64,000 nt of DNA from Candidatus Micrarchaeota archaeon (GCA_964490215.1 CAZBAM010000003.1:1489-65488), one strand, 5' to 3'. Shown: positions 19,001-28,586, counted from the stretch's first letter. The notes: generated by a model from the sequence alone, not told the origin. Translations and numbers: made by a program.

Positions 19001-20026
19001 CTACAAGCCGTCGCCGTACCTGCGGGCCAGCGCGGTGTATTTCTCCATCCTCTCCCTGCTCTCCCTGTTCTTCGCCTGCAACCATTCTATGGCAGCTATC
19101 TTCGCCCGCACGTTCGCCCTGTAGCATTTGTAAAGGCCCAGCAGCCTCAGGAGCCCATTGTCGCCGGTCCGTGCCACGTATTCGCTGACGAAAACGTCCG
19201 CCAGGTCCTCCCTGCCGTGCGCGTCCAGGTCCATGGCCATGAACGCGATTTCGCTGGCCACGTCCACGCAGCGGAACTCCCTGCTGAACTCTATGCAGTC
19301 TATTATCACGATGTCCCTGCCCGACACGAAGATATTGCCAGAATGGAGGTCGCCGTGGCAGTCCCTGACTTTCCCCTCTTTGATGCGCTCCATCAGAAGG
19401 TCCCTGTTCCTGCTTATGAACGCCGCCGACTTCGCCAGCACCACGTCCACCTCGTTCCCCATCCCGCACGCCTCCTCTATGGCGCCCCTGAATTCTGCAA
19501 GGTCGTTTATCTGCCTGCCTGCCATCTCAGGGGTGTTGTAGCCCTGGACTGCCTCAATGCGGCCGTGGAACGCGGCAATAATCGCGGCCAGCTTCCTGAC
19601 GTGCGATTCGTCTATCTTCCCTTCGTTCAGCAGGCGGCTCATCATCCGCGCCTGGTCAAGCCGCTTCATCCTGACTGCGTAATCGACAAGGTCGCCGGCA
19701 ACCGCGCCGCCTCCCCCTCCGCGCCGGCCTCCGGCCGCTCCGCTTTCGGTGATTGACAGCCCGCCGCCTTCCTTGCCTTTTCTGCCTTCCCTGCATACGT
19801 TCACCACGCCCAGGTAGACGTCCGGCGCCAGCCTGCGGTTGAGCCGCACCTCCTCCCCGCAGAAGAACTTCCTTTTTTCCAGCGTGGAGAAGTCCAGGAA
19901 TGAGAATTTCACGGGCTTCTTTATCTTGTAAGCGTATGCGCCGGCCAGCAGTATCCAGGAGATGTGCGTCTCCATCAGCTCCGCATGCATGCCATGCGCC
20001 AGCGCCCTGACCTCCTCGCCGTTCAT
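19001..20026 (-). CDS. Aminoglycoside-phosphotransferase-like kinase (COG2187 type)
   Basis: ETHISW, KIKKPVKFSFLDFSTLEKR, E.RLNRRLAP, DCHGDLH.GNI, IIDCIEF. Confidence 0.85.
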   Translation of the reverse strand: MNGEEVRALAHGMHAELMETHISWILLAGAYAYKIKKPVKFSFLDFSTLEKRKFFCGEEVRLNRRLAPDVYLGVVNVCREGRKGKEGGGLSITESGAAGGRRGGGGGAVAGDLVDYAVRMKRLDQARMMSRLLNEGKIDESHVRKLAAIIAAFHGRIEAVQGYNTPEMAGRQINDLAEFRGAIEEACGMGNEVDVVLAKSAAFISRNRDLLMERIKEGKVRDCHGDLHSGNIFVSGRDIVIIDCIEFSREFRCVDVASEIAFMAMDLDAHGREDLADVFVSEYVARTGDNGLLRLLGLYKCYRANVRAKIAAIEWLQAKNRESRERMEKYTALARRYGDGL

Positions 20027-20524
20027 TTAGTCGCCGCCTATGAACTTTTCCACTATGGCAACCTGCTCTTCCAGCGGCAGGCCGCAATCCACTACCGCGT
20101 GCCTGGCCTTCAGGGGCTCAAATTCGTCCTTTATCCTGAGATAGACCGAGAAATCCGCGTCGCTTCCGCCGCGCTCCTCGCCGGCAGCCATGCGGTCCAT
20201 GACCTCCACCTCGTCCAGCGTGCACAGGACGAAATGCACCTTCGTCCCTGCGTTCGCCGCAGCCTCCACCAGCCTGCTGCGCAGGGACCTGCGGTAGAAT
20301 GTCGCGTCAGCCACGACGCTCTTTCCCTCTGCGAGCAGCGAGCCCACCCGCTCCACGAGTTCCTCGTATACCCTGGCTTTCTCGTCAGGATTGTAGGTCG
20401 GCCTGGCCATCATCTCCTTGCGTATAAGGTCGCTGCTGACGTGCACCGCTGAAAAGCGCTTGGCGAGCGCCCTGGCCAGCGTGGTCTTGCCGGTGCCCGG
20501 CAGCCCGCAGACTATTATGAGCAT
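20027..20524 (-). CDS. P-loop kinase (AAA_33/COG0645 type)
   Basis: GLPGTGKTT, SSDLIRK, DATF, SDADFSVY; start ATG 20524. Confidence 0.85.
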   Translation of the reverse strand: MLIIVCGLPGTGKTTLARALAKRFSAVHVSSDLIRKEMMARPTYNPDEKARVYEELVERVGSLLAEGKSVVADATFYRRSLRSRLVEAAANAGTKVHFVLCTLDEVEVMDRMAAGEERGGSDADFSVYLRIKDEFEPLKARHAVVDCGLPLEEQVAIVEKFIGGD

Positions 20525-20617
20525 GATTCCTAATATGCCGGATGGCTTTATATGCGCAACTCTTGTCCCTGCCGGCCTACACCCATCATTTATATTTTTC
20601 CCCTCCCTATGCCCTGC

Positions 20618-21961
20618 ATGATGAAATTCGACCTCATAGTCATAGGGGCCGGCTCTGGCCTGGACGTCGCGAGCGCCGCGGCAGCCAACGGCATGAACGT
20701 CGCGCTCGTGGAGGAGGGGCCCATGGGGGGCACGTGCCTCAACCGTGGCTGCATCCCGACCAAGATACTCATTCATTCCGCCGACGTCGTGCAGACTATA
20801 CGGAAAGCTGGCACATTCGGCGTAAAGGCCGGCGTGGTGTCAGTGGATTTCAGGAAGGTCATGGCCCGCGCGCACGTCGTGGACAAGGAGGCGCAGGAGA
20901 TAGAGCAGAACATAAGGAAGGCGAAAAACATCACGCTTTTCAAAACGCGCGGCGTGTTCACCGGCCAAAAAACCCTGAAAGCCGGCAACGAGACGCTCAC
21001 GGCGGAGAAAATCGTCATCGCCGCAGGCACCAGGCCTGCAATCCCGCCCATCGCAGGGTTGGACAAGGTCCAGTACATGACCAGCGACCAGGCGCTGAGG
21101 CTGGAGAAGCTGCCTAAAAAGCTCGTCGTCATCGGCGGCGGCTACATCGCCTGCGAGCTGGCGCATTTCTTCGGCTCCATGGGCTCGGAAATCGTGATAG
21201 TCCAGCGCAACGTCAGGCTGCTTCCGGACGAGGACGAGGAAATATCGCAGAAATTCACTGAATTGTTCTCAAGGCAATACGAGGTGAGGCTGAAGTCCGG
21301 CGTGAAGGCCGTGGAGAAGAAGGCCGGCGGGATTGTCGTTTACGGCGCTGACGGCTCCTCGGTGGAGGGCACTGACCTGCTCGTCGCAACCGGCCGCGTG
21401 CCGAATACTGACATCCTCCAGGCCGCCAGGACAGGCGTTAAAATCAACAAGGACGGCTACATAGAAACGAACGAGTTCATGGAAACGAACGTGCCCGGCA
21501 TCTGGGCGTTCGGGGACATCGCAGGAAAATACCTGTTCAAGCATTCGGCCAACCTTGAGGCGGAATACGTCACGCTTTCGGTCGTGTCAGGGCACAGGCA
21601 CCCTGTGGATTACACTGCCATGCCGCACGCGGTGTTCTCCAGCCCGCAGGTGGCAGGCGTCGGAGCCACAGAGCAGGAGCTGAAGGAGAAGAAAACCGAC
21701 TACCTTGCAGGCCGCTACAGATACGCCGATACAGGCATGGGCGAGGCCATGGCCGAAGAGGACGGCTTCGTGAAGTTCCTGGCTGATTACGACGGCAAGA
21801 TCCTGGGCTGCCACATCATCGGCCCTGACGCCTCGGTGCTCATCCACGAGGTGCTGGTCGCCATGAAGGCAGGCCACGGCACCATAGACGACATCGTCAA
21901 TACGATACACATCCATCCCGCTCTCAGTGAAGTCGTCCAGCGCGGGGCAGGTTCCGTATGA
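20618..21961 (+). CDS. Class I pyridine nucleotide-disulfide oxidoreductase (dihydrolipoyl dehydrogenase/mycothione reductase-like)
   Basis: IGAGSG, GGTCLNRGCIPTK redox disulfide, IGGGYIACE, ATGRVPN, HIHPALSE. Confidence 0.9.
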   Translation: MMKFDLIVIGAGSGLDVASAAAANGMNVALVEEGPMGGTCLNRGCIPTKILIHSADVVQTIRKAGTFGVKAGVVSVDFRKVMARAHVVDKEAQEIEQNIRKAKNITLFKTRGVFTGQKTLKAGNETLTAEKIVIAAGTRPAIPPIAGLDKVQYMTSDQALRLEKLPKKLVVIGGGYIACELAHFFGSMGSEIVIVQRNVRLLPDEDEEISQKFTELFSRQYEVRLKSGVKAVEKKAGGIVVYGADGSSVEGTDLLVATGRVPNTDILQAARTGVKINKDGYIETNEFMETNVPGIWAFGDIAGKYLFKHSANLEAEYVTLSVVSGHRHPVDYTAMPHAVFSSPQVAGVGATEQELKEKKTDYLAGRYRYADTGMGEAMAEEDGFVKFLADYDGKILGCHIIGPDASVLIHEVLVAMKAGHGTIDDIVNTIHIHPALSEVVQRGAGSV

Positions 21962-22854
21962 AAAAACTGGCGCTCCTCGTCCTGCTCGCCTGCGTGGCCG
22001 GATGCATTTTTACGCCTCCACAGCCCCCTCCGGATGGGCCTCCGCCCGCGCCCTCGCTCCAGTCCTCCAACATCACCATAGCCTCGTTCAATATCCAGGT
22101 ATTCGGCGAGTCCAAGCGCTCAAAGCCCGAAGTCATGGCAGTCCTCGCGCCCATCGCCCGCGGGTTTGACGTCATGGCAGTGGAGGAACTCCGGGACGAC
22201 ACCGAAACGACGCTGCCGTCCTATCTCGCGCAAATCAACTCGCTCCCGGGCCCGGCCTACGACGCAACCATGAGCCCGCGCCTCGGCCGCACCTCAAGCA
22301 AGGAGAATTATGCCTTCATATACGACACGGCCACGGTCAGCCTCGTTTCCGGCAGCAATTACACCTTCGCAGACCCGCCCGCAGGCACTGTCAGGGACCT
22401 TTTCCAGCGCGAGCCGTTCGTGGCGAGGTTCAACACCACAGGCGGATTTGACTTCGTGCTCATAGTGCTTCACACCGAGCCTGACGGCACGCCCCAGGAG
22501 CTTGCTGACCTCGTGCTGGTGCTGGACGACGCGCGGCAGCACTTCCCGGACGAGGCTGACTTCGTGATGCTCGGGGACATGAACGCGGACTGCACCTACC
22601 TCTCGCAGGCAGAGGAGTCTGCGCTCGCGTTACGCAACGCGTCATTCACGTGGGTGGTGCCGGACAGCGCGGACACCACGACGAAAAGCACTGACTGCGC
22701 ATACGACCGCATAATCCTGACGCAGGGCGCGGCAGGCCATTTCACAGGGAGGTGGGGCATCCTGAGGTTTGACCAGCTCTACGGGCTGAACCAGAGCGCC
22801 ACGGAGGACGTGTCCGACCACTATCCGGTGTGGGCGGAATTCAGGAGCGGCTGA
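21958..22854 (+). CDS. DNase I-family endonuclease lipoprotein
   Basis: Lipobox CVAGC; ASFNIQVFG, LGRTSSKENYAFIY, FQREPFVARF, LHTEP, GDMNADC, CAYDRI, SDHYPV. Confidence 0.9.
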   Translation: MKKLALLVLLACVAGCIFTPPQPPPDGPPPAPSLQSSNITIASFNIQVFGESKRSKPEVMAVLAPIARGFDVMAVEELRDDTETTLPSYLAQINSLPGPAYDATMSPRLGRTSSKENYAFIYDTATVSLVSGSNYTFADPPAGTVRDLFQREPFVARFNTTGGFDFVLIVLHTEPDGTPQELADLVLVLDDARQHFPDEADFVMLGDMNADCTYLSQAEESALALRNASFTWVVPDSADTTTKSTDCAYDRIILTQGAAGHFTGRWGILRFDQLYGLNQSATEDVSDHYPVWAEFRSG

Positions 22855-22894
22855 CCCCAAGCGCTATTAAAATCATCGTCTCATTATCCATTCC

Positions 22895-23752
22895 GTGGAC
22901 TCCGTAACGCTGCAGATGAGCTGCAAGGACAAGAAGGGCATAATCGCAGGCGTCACCAGCTTCATCCACGGGAACTCGGGCAACGTCATAGTGCTTGACG
23001 AGTTCGTGGACCCTGGCACCAGGCGGTTCTTCATGCGCGTGGAATGGAGCACAGGCGGCTTCCGCATCAGGCGCAACGCCCTGCAGCGCGAAATCGGCGC
23101 GCTCATAAGCCGGCTGGGGCTGGATGCGGACTGGGAACTGTTCTTCTCGGGCAACCGGCCGCGCATGGCGATATTCGTATCCAAATACGACCACTGCCTC
23201 TACGAGCTCCTGCTCAAGCACAGGATGGGGGAGCTGAAGTGCGACATCCCGCTGATAATAAGCAACCACACGGACCTCGCCCCCATCGGCAGGGCGTTCG
23301 GCATCCCCTTCAAACACGTCGCCGTGACCAGGGAGAACCGGGCCAGGAAGGAGCCTGAGGAGCTTGCGTTACTGAAGAAGCACGGCATAGACTTCATCGT
23401 GCTCGCCAGGTACATGCAGGTCCTGAGCCCGGATTTCATCTCGAAATACGAGAACAAAATAATAAACATCCACCATTCCTTCCTGCCTGCGTTTGAAGGG
23501 GCGGACCCGTACCGGCGCGCGTTCGAGCGCGGCGTGAAGATAATCGGCGCGACCGCGCATTTCGCCACCGGCGGCCTTGACAAGGGACCGATAATCCAGC
23601 AGGGCGTTTCTGAAGTATCGCACAAGGAAACGGCAGACGACCTGATGGTGAAGGGCAGGGAGATAGAAAGGAAGGTCCTGGCCGACGCGGTCAAATTGTT
23701 CATAGAGCACCGCATCTTCGTGTGCGGGAACAGGACGATAATACTGGCATGA
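22895..23752 (+). CDS. purU: Formyltetrahydrofolate deformylase
   Basis: N-terminal ACT domain, VSKYDHCL, LARYMQVL, INIHHSFLPAFEGA, GVKIIGATAHF, GREIE..VL. Confidence 0.95.
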   Translation: MDSVTLQMSCKDKKGIIAGVTSFIHGNSGNVIVLDEFVDPGTRRFFMRVEWSTGGFRIRRNALQREIGALISRLGLDADWELFFSGNRPRMAIFVSKYDHCLYELLLKHRMGELKCDIPLIISNHTDLAPIGRAFGIPFKHVAVTRENRARKEPEELALLKKHGIDFIVLARYMQVLSPDFISKYENKIINIHHSFLPAFEGADPYRRAFERGVKIIGATAHFATGGLDKGPIIQQGVSEVSHKETADDLMVKGREIERKVLADAVKLFIEHRIFVCGNRTIILA

Positions 23753-23765
23753 GCTGAGTTCCTTG

Positions 23766-25358
23766 ATGAATCCGCAAGCGCGCAACTCCATAAACCGCGC
23801 ATGGAAAAAGACCTACTCCCTCCTTTTCGGGGAAGAGCCAGGCGATTTTGAGGGATACTCGGGCTGGCTGAAGGAGCTCATACTGCCGAGCACGCACCTC
23901 AAGTCGAGCATCTCTGGCAAGGATGTGGCTTTCTCCACCTTCGAATACGAAAAGGTCTCGAAAATCGCGAGTTTCGACGAGCTGGACTATTCGAAGAAAT
24001 TCGAGCCGCTCAGCATAAACGATATCAAGGACATAGATTCCGTCGTCCAGGCGGTATCGGAGAGGGCCTGCTATGCCGGGAACATCATGCTCGGCAACTG
24101 CAGCAACGCGGAAAGATGCACGAACGTCACAGACGTGCACTACGCGACGGACGTCGCGCATTTCGTCACGGGTGAATACCTCGCGTACGTCACGTTCGGC
24201 AGGGAATCCAACTACTGCTTCGGGGTGCACGGCCCCGGAGCCTCGGAGTTCTGCGTGCGCTGCTCCCAGACAGTGAACGTGAAGCGCTCCTTCGAGCTCC
24301 TTGTGAGCCAGAACTGCTCCGACTGCTACTACGTCTACGACCTGGACGGCTGCTCGGAGTGCCTCTTCTCTTTCCATCTGCGGGGAAAAAGATTCGCCAT
24401 AGGCAACCTCGAATTGCCGAAGGACAAGTACGCCAAGATAAGGAAAAAGCTGCTCTCCGAGATACACGGCCAGCTGGAGAAGGACAAGAAGGCGACGTCG
24501 CTGCTGGACATAATGAAAAAGTGCAGGGACAAGCCGCCAAGGGTGGCCTCTGCAGACGAGCCCCCTGAGAAGCTGGACCGGGGGATAATAGAATCCAGAT
24601 TCTCGGGCACCAGCAGGCTCGTCCTCGGCCGCGCCCTTGAGAACATAGACGATTACTCCGCCTGGCTCTACAGGCACGCGCACAAGCTCTACGAGGGAAA
24701 GTCAGCAATCAGCGGAAAGAAGCTGCTGTTCGTGCCCGAGGTGCTCGTTCTGGGCGGCCTCTCTATCTTTCCCGCAGACAGGCTCGTCACGGCGGCAGAG
24801 GCGCTCGCGATAGGGGAGCAGGCGAAGATAAGCGCCGCGGATGCGGAAAGAATATCCCTGGTCAACGCCCACGAAACCATCGGAAACATAGCTTTTTTCA
24901 ACGTAGATTTCAGGGAAGGGAAGAATTCCAACCTCATCGAATGCAGCCTCGGCGTCGGCTCCAGCGACTGCTATCTGGCTTCCGCGCTGGTGCATTCCAG
25001 ATACTGCTCCTGCGGCATGTGGCCCAAGGATTCGAGCAACTGCTTCGGCTTCGACACGCTTTTCGAGTCTAATTTCTGCATCGACTGCTACTGCTCCACG
25101 AAGCTCAGCCGCTGCTTCGAAATCGACAACTCCAGGAACTGCACCGACTCGGCCTTCTGCCACAATTGCGAGAACGTCCAGAACTCGATGTTCTGCTTCA
25201 ACGCGAGGAGCCTCAAGTACGCGATAGGGAACAGCCCGCTTCCGCAGGCCGATTACAAAAAGGCGCGCTCGGCCATTTTCGGGCAGGTCGCCGATGAGCT
25301 GGAGAAGAAAAAGGACCTCAGGTGGAGCATCTTCAACATAGGTGCAAGACGCGGATGA
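23766..25358 (+). CDS. Cys-rich repeat protein with internal duplication
   Basis: Two homologous halves, each with S.NCSDC/S.FC..C repeats ending FAIGN..LP...Y...R. Confidence 0.75.
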   Translation: MNPQARNSINRAWKKTYSLLFGEEPGDFEGYSGWLKELILPSTHLKSSISGKDVAFSTFEYEKVSKIASFDELDYSKKFEPLSINDIKDIDSVVQAVSERACYAGNIMLGNCSNAERCTNVTDVHYATDVAHFVTGEYLAYVTFGRESNYCFGVHGPGASEFCVRCSQTVNVKRSFELLVSQNCSDCYYVYDLDGCSECLFSFHLRGKRFAIGNLELPKDKYAKIRKKLLSEIHGQLEKDKKATSLLDIMKKCRDKPPRVASADEPPEKLDRGIIESRFSGTSRLVLGRALENIDDYSAWLYRHAHKLYEGKSAISGKKLLFVPEVLVLGGLSIFPADRLVTAAEALAIGEQAKISAADAERISLVNAHETIGNIAFFNVDFREGKNSNLIECSLGVGSSDCYLASALVHSRYCSCGMWPKDSSNCFGFDTLFESNFCIDCYCSTKLSRCFEIDNSRNCTDSAFCHNCENVQNSMFCFNARSLKYAIGNSPLPQADYKKARSAIFGQVADELEKKKDLRWSIFNIGARRG

Positions 25359-25367
25359 AGTGAGAAA

Positions 25368-25497
25368 TCCCGTCGGCCTGATTTGAACAAGCAACCGCCC
25401 CGTATCCACTCGTTAAAAGCGAGCAAACCAAACTACAGCGGGGCGCTCTACCGTTACCCGTGTTCCGGCCTGCCGGACCACTTTGAGCTACGACGGG
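25368..25497 (-). tRNA. tRNA-Tyr(GUA) with two introns (exons 25497-25483, 25453-25433, 25403-25368)
   Basis: Spliced 72 nt: CCCGTCG/CGACGGG acceptor plus discriminator A, CCCCG-CTGTAGA-CGGGG, GCTTG-TTCAAAT-CAGGC; two 29-nt introns at 15/16 and 37/38; TATA-like TTATAAAG ~30 nt upstream. Confidence 0.92.
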
Positions 25498-25708
25498 ATG
25501 AGCAGCATGAAACCTGCTGAGAAGTTCTTATAAAGTTAGGCGTTGCGGGGCTGTTAAGCGAATCGTTCCCCTAGGCATGCCGGAAATCACGCGGAACTCA
25601 AACTAATCGCAGTTGCCGCACAAGCCAGAACGGCCGCCCTGCGGCGGCTCTCAATGCTGGATTAACCAAACATATACTTTTATATAACTTTGGTTACTTA
25701 GTATCGCC

Positions 25709-26353
25709 ATGATAATCCCGCTTGAGAAGCGCCTTAGGAAAAGGATGCACGTTGAAATCGCGCTGCTGCAGGATGAGGCAACCGAAATCCTTTATGGCAT
25801 TGAGAACGGCCTCGTCTTTCACGGCGGCACGGCGCTTTGGCGCTGTTATGGCGGAAACAGGTTTTCCGAAGACCTGGACTTCTACTGCAGGGACGTCGGA
25901 AAAATAGAGCGCGAATTCAGGAAAAAGGCCGCCGAGCGCGGCCTGGCCGTCCTGAAGTTCAAAAAGACCGCCAACCTGATTTTCTGCAAGGTCTCCAACG
26001 GCCAGGCTGAGATACGGGTGGAGATAAACCATTCCGCCAAAAAAGCGGCCATAGTCCGGCCATATGAGAAGACCGACGGCTCTTTCATGGACGTGCTTAC
26101 GCTTGCGCCCGAGGACCTTCTTCTTGAGAAAATAGAAGCATACCGGAACCGGAGGTTTATCCGCGACATTTATGACGTGTATCACCTGTCAAATTACGTG
26201 AAGGACGAAAAAACGGCCAGAAAGGGCGTCCTGGGGCTGCTCGCGTCGCTCAAACCCCCTGTTGACGAGGAAAACCTCAAGGCGATTGTTTATGCCGGAA
26301 ACATCCCGTCGTTTGGCCAGATTGTGGAAGCGCTGAAAAGGCGGTTTTCATGA
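25709..26353 (+). CDS. AbiEii/AbiGii-type nucleotidyltransferase toxin (type IV TA)
   Basis: LVFHGGTALWRCYG.NRFSEDLDF, EKIEAY.NR..IRDIYD. Confidence 0.85.
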   Translation: MIIPLEKRLRKRMHVEIALLQDEATEILYGIENGLVFHGGTALWRCYGGNRFSEDLDFYCRDVGKIEREFRKKAAERGLAVLKFKKTANLIFCKVSNGQAEIRVEINHSAKKAAIVRPYEKTDGSFMDVLTLAPEDLLLEKIEAYRNRRFIRDIYDVYHLSNYVKDEKTARKGVLGLLASLKPPVDEENLKAIVYAGNIPSFGQIVEALKRRFS

Positions 26354-26925
26354 AATACCTGCGGGAAATGCGCGAACATTTCAGGGCAGCGCCGGCCTTC
26401 ACGATGTCAGACCTGAAGGTGTTCCTGGGCAGGAAGGGCATCGGGCGCGGCTACCTCCGCCTCCTAATCCACAACCTCCTGGCGAAAGGGGAGATGCGGA
26501 GGATTGCGCGTGGAGTTTACACGTTCAGCAGCGACGCGCAGCTCGTGGGATTCGGTTTCCGCCCCTTTTACTACGGCCTGCAGGACGCCCTCTCACTGAG
26601 GGGCTTGTGGGAACAGGAAAGCAACCCGGTGGTCATAACCCCCCGCAGGGTGAGGGCCGGCGTGAGGAGTTTCGGAGGCGCGAACTACCTCGTGAAGAGG
26701 ATGCGGCGCAGCATGTTTTTCGGCTTTGAAACGCTTAAATACGCGGGCTTCTGGATTCCGGTTTCGGACGTGGAGAAAACGCTCATTGATTTCATTTACT
26801 TCAGGCAGCCGCTGGGCAGTGAAACTGTCAATGAGATGAAGAAGCGCATCAAAAAGAAAAAGCTGGGCGGGTACCTCAGGCGCTGCCCGGCCTGGGTAAA
26901 ACGGAAAGTGCGCGAACTCGTTTAG
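26350..26925 (+). CDS. AbiEi-type antitoxin
   Basis: N-terminal wHTH ending RIARGVY, YYGLQDALSLRGL, VSDVEKTLID; ATGA overlap with toxin. Confidence 0.75.
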   Translation: MKYLREMREHFRAAPAFTMSDLKVFLGRKGIGRGYLRLLIHNLLAKGEMRRIARGVYTFSSDAQLVGFGFRPFYYGLQDALSLRGLWEQESNPVVITPRRVRAGVRSFGGANYLVKRMRRSMFFGFETLKYAGFWIPVSDVEKTLIDFIYFRQPLGSETVNEMKKRIKKKKLGGYLRRCPAWVKRKVRELV

Positions 26926-27023
26926 GCCGGACTATTGAAATGTCCGGTCCAGTAGCCCGCGCATGGCTAAGCCTGCACATGCAGCCAATCCCACCACCTC
27001 AGCCGATTCCGGTCCCGAAGGAC

Positions 27024-28586
27024 TCAGCCCACGCTGCCCAGGAGCATCTTCCTCATCTCTATGGGCTCCAGGTCCTTGAGCGCCTTTATGGCGAAGTCCA
27101 GCTTGGCCTCGCTCTCGGCGTAGATGGTGAACAGCTTGTCGCCCACCTCCACCCTGTCACCCCGGCACCTGTGGAGGAGCACGCCTGCGCCCTTGTCGCG
27201 CGGGGCGCCGGCGATGCGCGCTATCTTCGCCATGGTCTTGTTGTCCACGTGGAATATGCCGCCGGCCACGTCGGACACCACCGTGTGGGTGCAGGAGCCG
27301 ATGGGGACGTCGCCTGCCTTGACCCTGGCGTTGCCGCCCTGCAGCTCTATTATCTCCCGGAACTTGGCCATCGCCTTCCCGCTGCTGACCATGCTTTCGG
27401 CGACCGCGTATCCCTTGTCCCTTTCCACCTTGCCGCACAGCTCCAGCAGCTTGCCTGCCATGAGCAGGCTCTTGTGGCGCAGGTCGTCTGGCCCGCGGCC
27501 TTCCAGCACTTCCAGCACGTCCAGGCATTCCAGCCCAGGCCCGATGCCGTTGCCCACGGGCTCAGCGCCGTCCGTTATCAGCGCCTCCACCTTCATGCCG
27601 AGCTTCTCGCTGACCTTGAGGAAGTGCCTTGCGAGCTCGTTGCCGCGCTCCATGTAGGGCACCTTCACGCCGCGGCCCACCGGTATGTCTATGAGCACGT
27701 ATTCCGCGCCCACGCTCTTCTTCTTGCCGAGGATGCTGGCCAGCAGCATGCCCTCGGGGTCCAGGCTCAGCGGGTGGCGCACCCGTATGAGCTTGTCATC
27801 CACCGGCGCGAGCTTCATGCCGCCGCCCCAGACTATGGCGCCCTTGGCCTTGAGGACGATGGAGCGGAGCTCGTCCATGTTGAACGTGACGTTGGCGAGC
27901 ACCTCCATGGTGTCCGCAGTGCCCGTTGCAGAGGTTATTGAGCGCGAGGACGTCTTGGGTATGTAGAGGCTGGCGGCGGCTATTATGGGGACGACCACCA
28001 TGGTAGTCCTGTTGCCTGCGACCCCGCCTATACAGTGCTTGTCCAGGATCGGCTTCTTGCCGAGGTTGAGCGATTCGCCCGACTCTACGGTGGCGTATGC
28101 GAGCGATATTATCTCGTCGTCAGACAGCCCGTTTATGTACGCGGCCGTTATCCATGCTGACGTCTCGATCTCGCTGAGCCTGTCCTGCATTATCTCCTTC
28201 ACTATGGTCCTTATCTCGGCGTTGTTGAGCGTGCCCTTGTCAAGCTTCTTCTTTATGTACCCTATGGACTCCGGCCGGTCCATGTGCACTACCTCCACGC
28301 TCTCCCCCTTCTTGAGGTGGTGGACTGACGCCAGGTCCCTGAAGATCCCTACCTCGCCGGATTCCACTATCTCGTTGCTGACGTCCACTATGGCTATTAT
28401 GCTCTTGCCTTCGTGGCGTATCTCCGTGCGGTAGCCTGAGTAGATGTCGTGCTCCTGGGCCTCGGCCTGGTTGAGAACTATGATGTTCTTGCCCGTGTAT
28501 ATGTCTATGGGCTTTATCCTGCAGACGTATTTCTTGAGCTTCCAGACGTCAACCTTCTCAACCTGCTTCTCTACATATTCTGGCAT
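27024..28586 (-). CDS. deoA: AMP phosphorylase (thymidine phosphorylase family, archaeal)
   Basis: N-terminal beta-barrel extension, DKHCIGGVAGN, PKTSSRSITSATGTAD, KFREIIELQGG, AGAPRDKGAG. Confidence 0.95.
   Translation of the reverse strand: MPEYVEKQVEKVDVWKLKKYVCRIKPIDIYTGKNIIVLNQAEAQEHDIYSGYRTEIRHEGKSIIAIVDVSNEIVESGEVGIFRDLASVHHLKKGESVEVVHMDRPESIGYIKKKLDKGTLNNAEIRTIVKEIMQDRLSEIETSAWITAAYINGLSDDEIISLAYATVESGESLNLGKKPILDKHCIGGVAGNRTTMVVVPIIAAASLYIPKTSSRSITSATGTADTMEVLANVTFNMDELRSIVLKAKGAIVWGGGMKLAPVDDKLIRVRHPLSLDPEGMLLASILGKKKSVGAEYVLIDIPVGRGVKVPYMERGNELARHFLKVSEKLGMKVEALITDGAEPVGNGIGPGLECLDVLEVLEGRGPDDLRHKSLLMAGKLLELCGKVERDKGYAVAESMVSSGKAMAKFREIIELQGGNARVKAGDVPIGSCTHTVVSDVAGGIFHVDNKTMAKIARIAGAPRDKGAGVLLHRCRGDRVEVGDKLFTIYAESEAKLDFAIKALKDLEPIEMRKMLLGSVG

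Noticed and set aside
18090-19469. 459-aa ORF as one protein
   Set aside because: Only the last 300 aa are the CDF transporter; the 5' part is an alternate frame of the kinase gene
25500-25690. Possible additional RNA gene upstream of tRNA-Tyr
   Set aside because: Only a short hairpin (GCCGC-CCT-GCGGC); no cloverleaf or recognisable motif
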